64,000 nt of DNA from Myxococcota bacterium. Its GTDB lineage: Bacteria; Myxococcota_A; UBA9160; JAFDDA01. Positions 50,282-59,732 of the stretch are shown here, piece by piece; position 1 is the first letter of the stretch; every line of letters starts with the position of its first letter. The position numbers and the translations under genes are program-made. Location of the stretch: the NCBI GenBank assembly GCA_965228475.1, contig OZ245817.1, positions 1,792,001 through 1,856,000 of the forward strand, read 5' to 3'. Under the pieces are notes generated by a model that had not been told where the DNA came from, searched no databases, and saw nothing but the letters and a program-made list of their open reading frames with translations.

Positions 50282-51019
50282 ATGAAGAATCCCCGGTTCT
50301 CGCTGCGTTGGGCCCTGGCTTCTGCACTCCTGCTCGGGGCGGCGGCCCCGGCCTCGGCGGCGCCGATCCAGCGCCAGTTCGAGGCCGTCCTCGCCCTGCA
50401 CTCGGGCCTCGTGCCGACCGTCTTCTTCAGCGGCAGCGGCACGGCCACCGTGGACGCGGTCGACGATCACGTCTTCGGACTGACCCTGCCCGCCGGGATC
50501 TTCGCGACCCAGCAGACCGTGGGCATTCCGGGCCTCGAGGTGCGGGTCGATGCCTCGAACGGAGCGGGCCAATTCACGACGGGCAGCGGGACCTGGTTCG
50601 GCTCGATGCCGATCCTCGGGAACCTTCGGGTCTGCCTCGGTGGAACGTGCGACTCGATGCCCTTCGCCGACGTCTCCCTGCCACTGAACGTCGTCGGCGC
50701 TGGCGGAACGACGACCGCCTCGAGCGGGGCCTTCGTCGTTTCGGGAAGCCCGTGGCAGACCACCACGACGATCCTCTCCGGGACCGGGTTCATCTCGTAC
50801 TTCGGCGGCTACCAGGAAGGGCCGGCGGGGACGACTTCGAGCACCGCCCTCACCGGCGGCTTCATGCTGTTCGTGACGCCGGTGAACGTCTCGATCCCGA
50901 ACCTCGGGAGCATCGACTTCGTGGCCGAACTCGGGATCACCTTCGTGCCCGAGCCCTTCGCCCTGGCGCTGCTCGGCTCGGGCGCGTTGGGTCTGCTCTG
51001 GGTCGTGCGCCGGGGTTAG
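50282..51019 (+). CDS. PEP-CTERM sorting domain-containing secreted protein
   Basis: Signal peptide; Gly/Thr/Ser-rich body; C-terminal FVPEPFALALLGSGALGLLWVVRRG. Confidence 0.9.
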   Translation: MKNPRFSLRWALASALLLGAAAPASAAPIQRQFEAVLALHSGLVPTVFFSGSGTATVDAVDDHVFGLTLPAGIFATQQTVGIPGLEVRVDASNGAGQFTTGSGTWFGSMPILGNLRVCLGGTCDSMPFADVSLPLNVVGAGGTTTASSGAFVVSGSPWQTTTTILSGTGFISYFGGYQEGPAGTTSSTALTGGFMLFVTPVNVSIPNLGSIDFVAELGITFVPEPFALALLGSGALGLLWVVRRG

Positions 51020-54000
51020 TCAGCGACAGGCCGCGAGAGGATCACTCACGAGGCGTTCGCCGAGATCGCGGAAGGGCCGTTGCAGGGAGTCGTCGGTGAT
51101 GCCCGCGGCGAGCTCTTCGACCAGACGCCGGGCAAGCGCCGCCTCGCGCGCTGCCCCTCCCGCGTCGCCTCGCCGCCGCCCGATCTCCGCCAGCAGGCCG
51201 TGGGCTCGCCACTGGACGGGCGGGTACTCGAGCCGCTCCGCGATCTGGAGGGCCTGGCGGAGCGCGGCCTCCGCGTCCTCGCGGAGGTCCATGCTCAGGA
51301 GCACCTGGCCCTCGAGGCACCGCGCACGCGCTTCGATCTTCGGGGACCGGTGCCGCCCTGCCTGTTCGATCTCGGTGGCGACGTGGGTGCGCGCGAGCTC
51401 GGGATTGCCGCGGGCGAGGGCGAGCCGTGCGCGGGCATCCTCCATGTGGAGGTGGTAGCGCCAGTGCTGCCACGGGTCGTCCGGGCGCTCGACGGTCTCG
51501 CGGAGCGGCTCCAGGACGTCCTCGGCCTGGTTCGGCTCGCCGAGCGAGAGGAGGTTACCGGCGAGGTTGATCCCGCCGTTCGCGTGGAGTTCGGGAGCAC
51601 CAGCGACGAGGCCCTCTTCCACGAGCCGGCTCCCGAGCTCGGTCGCGACCTGGTTGTAGCCCCGGGCCTGGCCGGCGCAGCCGATCTCGGCGTGGAGCCA
51701 GCCGATGGTGTTGAGCATGCGCGCCACCATCGCGCGGGCGCCGATGCGCTGGCAGCGCCCGAGCCCGGCCCGCAGGGTCTCGAGCGCCCGGGCGTATTGC
51801 CCCGTGCACCCGAGAGCGAGCCCGAGCACCCAGCTCGGGTAGGTGACGGCGCTGGTCGCGCGCAGTTCCCGGGCCACTTCGAGCGTGCGCTCGGCGATCT
51901 GCGCCGCGTGGGAGAACCGCCCGATCTGTTCGGCGAACAGCGCCTCCTGGGAGAGCGCCCAGGCCAGCGCTTCCGGGTCGTCGCACTGTCTCGCCAGGCG
52001 CGACGTCTCGGCGGCGGCGTCGTCGATCACGCTCGGGCCGTGGGTCGTCATCTCGTAGAGGTCCGACGCCACGCGGACCATCACCTCTGCGGGAACGCTC
52101 CCGTGCTTGCGAGCGGCGGCGAGGCCGCGCTCGGCGACCGCCTTGAAGTCGTCGTAGAGGTGCCCCCAGACGTAGCTGAGCCCGGCGCGCGCGAGGTTGA
52201 GCGCAGATTCGCGGCCCTCCCCGAAGAGCTCGGCCGCACGTTCGTGGGCCTTCCCCGAGCCGGGGAAATCATTCAGGCAGAAGAGGGTCGTCCCGAGCCG
52301 TTCGAACATCGTGGCGCGTTCGGCCGCCGGGCGCTCGAGCCGTTCCGCGATCGCCAGGGCCTGCCTTCCGTGCTCGGCCGCCGAAGCGTTGGCGTAGGCG
52401 GCGATCGCCTTCTCTTCTGCGCGCTGGCTGTAGAGAAGCGCCTTCTCCCATTCCTCGCCCCGGGTGAAGTGATGGGCGAGCGCCTCGTAGTGCTCGGCCA
52501 GGCGATCCGCGTAGAGCTCCTCGATGGCGAGGCCGACCACGCGGTGGAGGGCGCGCCGGCGCTGCTCGAGCAGGCTCTCGTAGGCGACGTCGTGGGTGAG
52601 CGCGTGCTTGAACATGTAGGCGAGTTCGGGGTGCGCCGACTTCTGGTAGATCAGCTCGACGGCGCGGAGCTCCTCGACGACGTCGCCGAGTGCCTGACCC
52701 TGGGAGACGATCCGTTCGAGCAGCCGCAGCGCGAACTCGCGGCCGATCACGGCGGCGGTCTGCAGGGCCTGCTTCGGACCGTCGTCGAGGCGGTCGAGGC
52801 GCGCGGCCAGGACGTCCTGGATTCGGTCCGGGACGGATCCTTCCGCAACGCCGGGGGCCATCTCGATGCGCCCTTCGTGGACCCGGACCGCGTCGGTTTC
52901 GCGCAGGGACTTCGTCACCTCCTCGACGAAGAACGGGTTTCCTTCCGCCTTCTCCGTGATGAGGGCGTGAAGGTCCTGCGGGACGCTCGCGGCGCCGAGC
53001 AGGGTTCGCGTCATCGACTCCGTCTCGTCGGCGGAGAGCGTCTGGAGTGCCAGCCGCCGGTGGAAGCTGCGATCGCCGAAGGGGTGCTGGTAGCCCGGCC
53101 GATGGGTCAGCACGAGCAGGACCGGCGCGGTCGCCACGGCCTCGCAGAGGAAGCCGACGAGCTCCTCCGAAGCCGGGTCGATCCAGTGCAGGTCCTCGAT
53201 CACGAGGACGAGGGGCGCGTCGTCCGAGATGGCGAGCAGGCTCTCCTGGACGGCACGGAAGGTTTCACTCCGGCGCTCGATGGCATCGAGGGCTTCGAAC
53301 TTCTCGTCGCCGCTCGGAAGGGAGAGGAGATTCCTCAGGTAGGGGAGGGTCCAGTCGAGCGTTTCTCCGGAGACCGCGCCGGAGAGCTTCTCGAGTGCCG
53401 TGGCGTCGTCGTCGCGTTCCTGGATGCCGGCCCGTCGGCGGAAGGCGTCTGCGATGCAGTGGAACGCGGCGTTGCGGGCGTAGGAGGCGCAGCGCCCTTC
53501 GACCCAGCGGTGGGAGCGCCTGGCGAGCCGCTCGCGGAACTCGTAGACCAGCCGGGACTTCCCGAGCCCGGCTTCGCCGACGACGAACACCGCCTGCCCC
53601 CTGCCCGCGGCGGCGGAGCGAAACGCCGCTTCGAGCTCGTCGAGCTCCGCGCTCCGCCCGCACAGCGGCGTGAGCCCGGAGGCCAGGCTCGCCTCGACGC
53701 GCCCGGCCACCGCCCGCTCACCGAGCACCCGGTAGGCGCGGATCGGGTCTCGCTTGCCCTTCACCTGTTTCGGGCCGACGTCGTCGAGATCGAAGTAGCC
53801 CTCGATCAGGTCGGCGGTGGTCTCCGAAACGAAGACGCTCCCCGGCGCCGCCAGGGCTTCGATCCGGTTCGCGAGGTTCGTCGTGTCGCCGATCGCCGTG
53901 TAGTCCATGCGCAGGTCGTCGCCGATCGTGCCGACCACGACGGGGCCGCTGTGGATGCCGATCCGCATGCCGAACTCGATTCCGTGGCGCTGACGGATCT

Positions 54001-54544
54001 CCTCGGCGAGCGGGGCGAGCGCCCGCTGGATGCGGAGGCCCGAAGCGACGGCGCGCTGGGGTGCGTCCTCGAGCGCGAGGGGCGCACCGAACAGGGCCAT
54101 GGCGCCGTCGCCGGCGAACTGGTTCACGGTGCCTTCGAAGCGGTGGACCTCGGCGAGGATGATCTGGAAGCAGCGGTCCATGACCTCGTGCATCGCCTCG
54201 GCACCGAGCCGCTCGGCGATGGGCGTCGAGCCGGCGAGGTCGGCGAACAGCACGGTCACGTTCTTGCGTTCGCCCTCGAGTGCGCCCCGCGTGCCGAGGA
54301 TGCGGTCGGCGAGGTGGCGCGGGGTGTAGGTGCGCGGGGCGCTGTCGGCGAGGCCGGCCCGCCCGGGCGTGCCGCGCGACGCCGCGCGGGCTCCGCCGAG
54401 CGGCGTGCCGCAGCCATCGCAGAAGGCGGCGTCCGCCGGAAGCTCCCGGCGGCAGGCCGGACACGCGACGGGGAGCGCGGCTCCACAGCCCAGACAGAAG
54501 CGAGCGCCGGTGCGGTTCTCCCGCTCACATCGGGGGCAATCCAA
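51020..54544 (-). CDS. Class III adenylate/guanylate cyclase with double zinc ribbon, STAND-type ATPase and TPR repeats
   Basis: Four CxxC motifs; TVLFADLAGST, GDG, IGIHSG, GDTTNLANR; GEAGLGKS, IEDLHW; helical repeats. Confidence 0.93.
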   Translation of the reverse strand: MDCPRCERENRTGARFCLGCGAALPVACPACRRELPADAAFCDGCGTPLGGARAASRGTPGRAGLADSAPRTYTPRHLADRILGTRGALEGERKNVTVLFADLAGSTPIAERLGAEAMHEVMDRCFQIILAEVHRFEGTVNQFAGDGAMALFGAPLALEDAPQRAVASGLRIQRALAPLAEEIRQRHGIEFGMRIGIHSGPVVVGTIGDDLRMDYTAIGDTTNLANRIEALAAPGSVFVSETTADLIEGYFDLDDVGPKQVKGKRDPIRAYRVLGERAVAGRVEASLASGLTPLCGRSAELDELEAAFRSAAAGRGQAVFVVGEAGLGKSRLVYEFRERLARRSHRWVEGRCASYARNAAFHCIADAFRRRAGIQERDDDATALEKLSGAVSGETLDWTLPYLRNLLSLPSGDEKFEALDAIERRSETFRAVQESLLAISDDAPLVLVIEDLHWIDPASEELVGFLCEAVATAPVLLVLTHRPGYQHPFGDRSFHRRLALQTLSADETESMTRTLLGAASVPQDLHALITEKAEGNPFFVEEVTKSLRETDAVRVHEGRIEMAPGVAEGSVPDRIQDVLAARLDRLDDGPKQALQTAAVIGREFALRLLERIVSQGQALGDVVEELRAVELIYQKSAHPELAYMFKHALTHDVAYESLLEQRRRALHRVVGLAIEELYADRLAEHYEALAHHFTRGEEWEKALLYSQRAEEKAIAAYANASAAEHGRQALAIAERLERPAAERATMFERLGTTLFCLNDFPGSGKAHERAAELFGEGRESALNLARAGLSYVWGHLYDDFKAVAERGLAAARKHGSVPAEVMVRVASDLYEMTTHGPSVIDDAAAETSRLARQCDDPEALAWALSQEALFAEQIGRFSHAAQIAERTLEVARELRATSAVTYPSWVLGLALGCTGQYARALETLRAGLGRCQRIGARAMVARMLNTIGWLHAEIGCAGQARGYNQVATELGSRLVEEGLVAGAPELHANGGINLAGNLLSLGEPNQAEDVLEPLRETVERPDDPWQHWRYHLHMEDARARLALARGNPELARTHVATEIEQAGRHRSPKIEARARCLEGQVLLSMDLREDAEAALRQALQIAERLEYPPVQWRAHGLLAEIGRRRGDAGGAAREAALARRLVEELAAGITDDSLQRPFRDLGERLVSDPLAACR

Positions 54545-54634
54545 GGGTCCTTCTCTCTCCTGGGAACGTCCTGGCCGGGCGACGAAGACCTTACACCGCG
54601 GGGCGGACCGCCGTCGCTTCGAATCGCCGCGGAG

Positions 54635-56458
54635 CTACTGCGGTGCCACGGACGGCCCTGGAACGGTCGGCGGTGCGGGCCGCCCGGCGCCGAGGCTGCG
54701 GGCGTCGAAGCTCCCCTTGCGCAGGTTCACGAAGACGAGCTCCGGCAGCGAGAAGAGGGCGCCTCGCGCGGCCCGCTCGACCCGGCGCCCGCGGTCGAAG
54801 GGTGCCGTGAGGAGGCCGACGGCGCCGTCTCCCAGGGCCCAGGCCAGGTTCAAGGCTCCCAGGACGGGGCGCAGCGCGGCCGGCCGGTCCGTGAAGAAGA
54901 GGAACGATCCGTCGGTGTGGCGCGGCAGGTAGAGCCGGGAGGTCAGCGTGTTCGACTCGCGAAGACGCCCGGGCCACCCGGGCCGCTCCGCCATCCACCG
55001 GGCCCGCCGGGCCGGCAGGCGCTCGATGCGCGCGGCGGGCAGGCGTCGCGTCAGGCGGTCGAACTGGACGAACGGGACGAAGCCGAACGCGTCGTCCGTT
55101 GCGGCGCGGACCGCGAAGGCGTCCGCGCTGCCCGTGGCGCCGCCGAGGCCCGCTTCGACCGCCGCCGCGAGGGCGGTGACGCAGTTGTGGTCGAAGAGGT
55201 CGTAGTGCTCGGCCCGTGCGAGGTCGGCCTCGGCCTGGCGGAGTGCGCGTCGTGCATCCTCGAGGGAGGGCGTGGTCCCCGGGCGTCCGTCGGCGGCGAG
55301 ATCTCGCGCGGCGTCGGGGAGGCCGATCGGTCCCGCGGAGAGCCGCGGGGGGTGTCCCCCGTCGAGAGCCCGGGCGAGTTCACGGGAGCGGCTCGCGAGA
55401 TGTTCGAGCCGGCCGAGGGCGCGGTCGCCGGGAACGCCCTCGTGGAAGGCGCGGGTTCGCGCGTGCGCCACGGACTCCTCGAGAACCCGTGCGAGCGCCG
55501 CGAACTCCGAGCGTTGTCCCTCGAAGTCCCGAGACGTCATGCGGGGGCCGCCGGGCGGCGTCGGGTCGAGCAACGTGAGACGTCCACGGGCCAGGGATTC
55601 GCTCGCGGCCCGGTGCCGGGCGAGCAGGAGCCAGAGCGTCTCCGGGCGCCCGGCCGCGGTCTGGGCCAGCGTCCGGACGATCGTGTCTTCGATCTCGCGC
55701 TGCAGCTCGGAGAGCGCGCTGCGCTCGCGCGCGGAGAGGGGCGGGTGGGGGACTTCGATCCGGGCGGCGTCCGCCAGGGGAGCGCCGGCACGGAGGGCGG
55801 CGAGGGCCGCCTCGAGGGAAGTGCGGTTCCGCGCATCGCGGATGTCCCGCGCGCGCGAGCGCGTCGGCGGCATCGATCCGAGCCGACGGGCGACGTTCGC
55901 AGCGAGGGCGAGGGCAGGGGCTTCCGCGGTGCCGGTCGAATCGATCAGGCCTGCCCCCGGGCTGGGGACGCCGGCGCGGAGCCCGGCCCGCGCTTCGAGC
56001 CAAGCGACGTCGCGCGCCAGCGCCTCGCGCTCCCGGTGCGCGCGGCGGCCCGCGAGGAAGAGCCGGTCCAGGTGGTCGCGCAGCGCGGCGGTGCGTTCGT
56101 CGTCGAGGGGGACCCATGCGAGGTGCAGGGGCCGGTTCTCGAGCGTGCCGTAGCGGAAGGCGAAGGCGGGCCAGTCTTCGCGGTGCAGGCGGAGCCGGTC
56201 TCCGCCGACCTGGTAGTGGTAGACGCGGTCCTCGATGCGCAGCGCGCTGTGGCCGCCGCTCGCGCTGCCTACGTTCGCCTCGACGTGAACGAACGCGACG
56301 GGTTCGCCGCGGGAGGACGCCTCGCGCTCGGCGGCCGCGCTCGTTCCCATCGAGAGCAGACCGAGGCCGAGAGCCAGGGCGCACGCTCTGGAGAGCGGCC
56401 CGGCCCGGTTCGTTCGGTGACGTGCCTGGGGGGCCGGGTTCGGCGTGGCCGCGCTCAC
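54635..56458 (-). CDS. Secreted protein with a permuted papain-like His/Cys pair (DUF4105-like)
   Basis: Signal peptide; SGGHSALRI..RVYHY near the N-terminus and YDLFDHNCVT far downstream; GTGA overlap with the upstream lipoprotein gene. Confidence 0.65.
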   Translation of the reverse strand: MSAATPNPAPQARHRTNRAGPLSRACALALGLGLLSMGTSAAAEREASSRGEPVAFVHVEANVGSASGGHSALRIEDRVYHYQVGGDRLRLHREDWPAFAFRYGTLENRPLHLAWVPLDDERTAALRDHLDRLFLAGRRAHREREALARDVAWLEARAGLRAGVPSPGAGLIDSTGTAEAPALALAANVARRLGSMPPTRSRARDIRDARNRTSLEAALAALRAGAPLADAARIEVPHPPLSARERSALSELQREIEDTIVRTLAQTAAGRPETLWLLLARHRAASESLARGRLTLLDPTPPGGPRMTSRDFEGQRSEFAALARVLEESVAHARTRAFHEGVPGDRALGRLEHLASRSRELARALDGGHPPRLSAGPIGLPDAARDLAADGRPGTTPSLEDARRALRQAEADLARAEHYDLFDHNCVTALAAAVEAGLGGATGSADAFAVRAATDDAFGFVPFVQFDRLTRRLPAARIERLPARRARWMAERPGWPGRLRESNTLTSRLYLPRHTDGSFLFFTDRPAALRPVLGALNLAWALGDGAVGLLTAPFDRGRRVERAARGALFSLPELVFVNLRKGSFDARSLGAGRPAPPTVPGPSVAPQ

Positions 56459-56922
56459 GCCGACGTGCCGGGGCCTCCGAGGGCCCGCAGGATGCGGGAG
56501 GTGTCGACGTTCCCGAGACCGGCCTCCCGCAGGCCTTCGGCGAGACCGCGCCAGGTGGCGTTCGCTTCCGTCCAGCGGGCGAGGCCGTAGCTCGCCGCGA
56601 CGTCGGCGACCTCCCGGGCCAGGGCATCGTGGGCCGCGGGGTCGGGGCGAGGCGTTCGCCGCGCCCAGGCGGCTGCGACGAGCCGCACGTCGTTCCGGTA
56701 GCGCGCTTCGGGAAGGCTCTCTTCCTCGTCGTCGCCGCTCGACGAGCGCGAGAACGCATCGGAACTGTCGGCGGAGCCCTGGGAGCTGTCGCCCAGGGCC
56801 TCGCTCGAATCTCCGAGCCAGCGCGAGGGCGACGTCACGGCGTCCGAGATCGAGCCGCAGCCGACGGTCGAAAGGGCGAGCCCCGCGGCGATCAGGCCGC
56901 GGGCGACGGGCGAGCTTCGCAT
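56455..56922 (-). CDS. Putative Ser-rich lipoprotein
   Basis: GAAGGAG RBS; lipobox TVGC; Ser-rich segment, then YRNDVR...A..YGL..W...TW.GL..GL..AG. Confidence 0.78.
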   Translation of the reverse strand: MRSSPVARGLIAAGLALSTVGCGSISDAVTSPSRWLGDSSEALGDSSQGSADSSDAFSRSSSGDDEEESLPEARYRNDVRLVAAAWARRTPRPDPAAHDALAREVADVAASYGLARWTEANATWRGLAEGLREAGLGNVDTSRILRALGGPGTSA

Positions 56923-57067
56923 CGATGTCCTCCTTCGATGGGGAGCCCTCAATCTAGCGGGCGCGTGCCCCGGACCGCATGCGCCGCGCTCGACCCCAGG
57001 TCTGGCTACCATCGCGTCGCATCCCACGGGGTCACGGACGCGGCGCATCGGCGCCGGAGGAGGAGCG

Positions 57068-57475
57068 ATGGACGGAACGGGACGCTGTCTCTGCGGTGCG
57101 GTGCGCTTTCGGGCGGTCGGGGTCGAGACCGATTTCCACGGCTGCCATTGTGGAATGTGCCGCCGCTGGACCGGCGGTCCCGGCTTCGGGGTCGCGGTCG
57201 AAAGCGTGGCCTTCGAAGGGGAGGAGGCGATCTCACGCTTCGAGTCCTCGGCGTGGGCCGAGCGCGGCTTTTGCAACCGGTGCGGGACGAACCTCTTCTA
57301 CCGGTTGAAGGAAGCCGACCGCTACATCCTCTGGATGGGCGCCTTCGACGACCCGTCCGCGTTCCGCCTGACCGGCGAGATCTTCGTCGACGAGAAGCCG
57401 GAAGCCTACGACCTGGCAGGGGAGCACCCCCGGCTCACGGGCGCAGAGTTCATGGCCTCGGTCATGCCGAAGTAG
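57068..57475 (+). CDS. GFA family zinc-binding protein
   Basis: GRCLCGAVRF, CHCGMCRRWTG, RGFCNRCGT. Confidence 0.93.
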   Translation: MDGTGRCLCGAVRFRAVGVETDFHGCHCGMCRRWTGGPGFGVAVESVAFEGEEAISRFESSAWAERGFCNRCGTNLFYRLKEADRYILWMGAFDDPSAFRLTGEIFVDEKPEAYDLAGEHPRLTGAEFMASVMPK

Positions 57476-57746
57476 GGTCCATGTCGACGCGGCGTTCGAA
57501 GAGGAACTCGTTGGTGAGATAGCCGGGCGTGTGCTCGGCGCCCGGCTCGATGCGCGGTGGCGGAGGCGCCTGGAGCAGGAACCAGCCGTCCTCGAGGGCG
57601 GCGAGGCCGGTTGCGTAGGGCGGGTCGCCCTCGGGCAGCGCAGGCCCGGCGCCCGCCGTGCCGTCGTGAAAGGCCCAGGCGACGACGCCGGTGTCGAGGG
57701 CGCCCTCGGCCAGCCAGAGGTGGAGCACCTGCTGGCGGCTCGTCAC
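57462..57746 (-). CDS. Small hypothetical protein coupled to the PhyH dioxygenase
   Basis: GGGAG RBS; GTGA overlap with the phyH stop; 94 aa (RQQVL...VVAW...DG...PPYATGLAALEDGW...EFLFER). Confidence 0.72.
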   Translation of the reverse strand: MTSRQQVLHLWLAEGALDTGVVAWAFHDGTAGAGPALPEGDPPYATGLAALEDGWFLLQAPPPPRIEPGAEHTPGYLTNEFLFERRVDMDPTSA

Positions 57747-58663
57747 GAAGGCGTGCTCCCGGCCTCGGACCGCGCGCGGCCTTCGAGTCGTGTGAAGTAG
57801 TAGTCGGCATCGAAGCGCGCGTCGCCCGTCAGGTAGCGCCAGAGGCGCGCACGCTCCATCAGTTCGAGGCGGGCCTCGTGGCCCTGCTGCCAGGGCTGCA
57901 TGGCGCGAAAGGCGTGGGCGGCGCTGTCGAAGCGCATCGTCGCGAAGACGTGATCGGCGGCGTCGTTGTGGAAGGCGTCGAAGTCCGCGTCGTTCCAGAG
58001 CCGCACCTGGGGCTGCGCCGCGTTCAGGCGGACCTTGTACATCCAGCGGTCGCGCGGGCTCGGGTTCGGCTGGCCGGCGTGCCAGAGGCCGTGGTGGAAG
58101 ACGAGCAGCGTCCCTGCGGGCCCTTCGTACTGTCGTTCGCCCAGTACTCGCTGGTAGCGCGCGATGCCCTCCGCCCGCACGCGCCGCAGGTGGGAACCCG
58201 GCACGAAGCGCGTGCCGCCTTCGCCCGCGGCGACGGCCCGGGGGAAGTAGAAGAGTTGGACGTCGAAGGAAGGGTCGTCCGTATCGAGCACGGCATCGAC
58301 GTGGAGATGCTGGCGCCACTGGCTCCCGGCCGGAAGGTGGTGGACGAAGTCGTGGTCGTAGACGGGTTCGCGGCCGACGAGGGATTCGACGATGCCGAGC
58401 ACCTCCGGCATCGAGAGCAGCGAGCGGAGGGCGCTGCCTTCGGCGTAGCAGCCCGAGAGCGGGGTTCCGCTCGCCGGGCGCTCCGGCCCGCCCTCCGGCG
58501 GGACGCCGACGGCCTGTTGGAGTTTCACGCGTTCGAGCTCGGCGAGCTCCGCCAGGATCCGTTCGTTCAGTGTCTCGGGGACGAGGGCCTCGAAGCGCAG
58601 GAAGCCTTCGGTGACGAAGCGCGCCATCTCGGCGGTGGTCAGGCGGTGGTCTTGGGCGGGCAT
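57743..58663 (-). CDS. Phytanoyl-CoA dioxygenase (PhyH) family Fe(II)/2-oxoglutarate oxygenase
   Basis: F..EGFL, QHLHVD (HxD), GGTRFVPGSH, GTLLVFHHGLWH, R.MY. Confidence 0.9.
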   Translation of the reverse strand: MPAQDHRLTTAEMARFVTEGFLRFEALVPETLNERILAELAELERVKLQQAVGVPPEGGPERPASGTPLSGCYAEGSALRSLLSMPEVLGIVESLVGREPVYDHDFVHHLPAGSQWRQHLHVDAVLDTDDPSFDVQLFYFPRAVAAGEGGTRFVPGSHLRRVRAEGIARYQRVLGERQYEGPAGTLLVFHHGLWHAGQPNPSPRDRWMYKVRLNAAQPQVRLWNDADFDAFHNDAADHVFATMRFDSAAHAFRAMQPWQQGHEARLELMERARLWRYLTGDARFDADYYFTRLEGRARSEAGSTPS

Positions 58664-59685
58664 CAGGGGATGAGCAGGACCTTGCCGAAGTTCTTGCGGT
58701 CCTGCAGGTAGTGGTGGGCCTCGGCCGCGCGTTCGAAGGAGAATCGTTCGGCGATGATCGGGCGCACGGCCCCGTCACGGTAGAGGCCGAGTACCGATTC
58801 GAGCCATCCCTGTACGCGGTCGACCTCGTCCCAGAGGTGCCCCATGTTCACCCCGAACACGCCCTTGTTCTGATTCATCAGCGTGACCGGGTTGAACTGG
58901 AGCCACGGCATCGAGGCGACCGTTCGCAGGAGCGAGAGCTTGTTCGGGGTCTTGCCCGTGGCGGCGGAGGAGATCCCGAACATGCCGAGCCGCCCGCTCG
59001 GGGCGAGGCTGCGGAAGCTCTTCTTGAACGAGTCGCCGCCGACGGCATCGAGCACGAGCTCGACGCCGCGCCCGCGCGTCAGCTCCCGCACCCGAGCCTC
59101 GAAGTCTTCGCGCGTGTAGTCGATGCAGGCTTCGACGCCGAGGGCCTTCAGGGCGTCGTGCTTGCCCGCGCTCGCGGTGCCGATCACGCGTGCGCCGAGG
59201 GCCCGCGCGATCTGGATCGCGGCGATCCCGACGCCGCCGCCGGCCGAGTGCACCAGCACCGTCTCGCCAGGGTGGAGGCTTCCCATCACGCGGATGAGCT
59301 GCCAGGCCGTGAGGTAGTTCACGGGGATCGCGGCGCCTTCCTCCGCGCTCATTCCCGGGGGTCGAACCTGGAGCTGGGCCTCCGGAGCGCAGAGCACGTC
59401 GCTGTATCCGCCGAAGCGCGTCATCGCCAGCACGTCGCGGCCGACCCAATGGGAGTCGACGCCGTCCCCGACGGCATCGACCCGGCCGGCGACCTCGTAC
59501 CCGACCACGACCGGCATCGGCGGAAGATCCTGATACTGGCCGAGGCGTCCCACGACGTCGGCGAAGTTCACGCCCGAGGCTTCCACGCGGATGCGCGCCT
59601 CGCCGGGCGCGGGGAGCGGGTCGGCGGCCTCGCGTACTTCGAGCACTTCGGGCGGGCCGGCCTTCGGGATCCAGATCTGGCGCAT
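58663..59685 (-). CDS. VAT-1-like MDR (quinone oxidoreductase-type)
   Basis: GVNFAD, GYEVAG, PVNYLTAW, HSAGGGVG, RKNFGKVLL. Confidence 0.93.
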   Translation of the reverse strand: MRQIWIPKAGPPEVLEVREAADPLPAPGEARIRVEASGVNFADVVGRLGQYQDLPPMPVVVGYEVAGRVDAVGDGVDSHWVGRDVLAMTRFGGYSDVLCAPEAQLQVRPPGMSAEEGAAIPVNYLTAWQLIRVMGSLHPGETVLVHSAGGGVGIAAIQIARALGARVIGTASAGKHDALKALGVEACIDYTREDFEARVRELTRGRGVELVLDAVGGDSFKKSFRSLAPSGRLGMFGISSAATGKTPNKLSLLRTVASMPWLQFNPVTLMNQNKGVFGVNMGHLWDEVDRVQGWLESVLGLYRDGAVRPIIAERFSFERAAEAHHYLQDRKNFGKVLLIP

Positions 59686-59732
59686 GCCGCGAGCCTAACA
59701 CGGCCGCGCCCGCCGAAGGTCTCGTGGGGGCG

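Noticed and set aside
51080..56590. 1836-aa ORF on the + strand
   Set aside because: Antisense shadow of the cyclase and DUF4105-like genes; no motifs.
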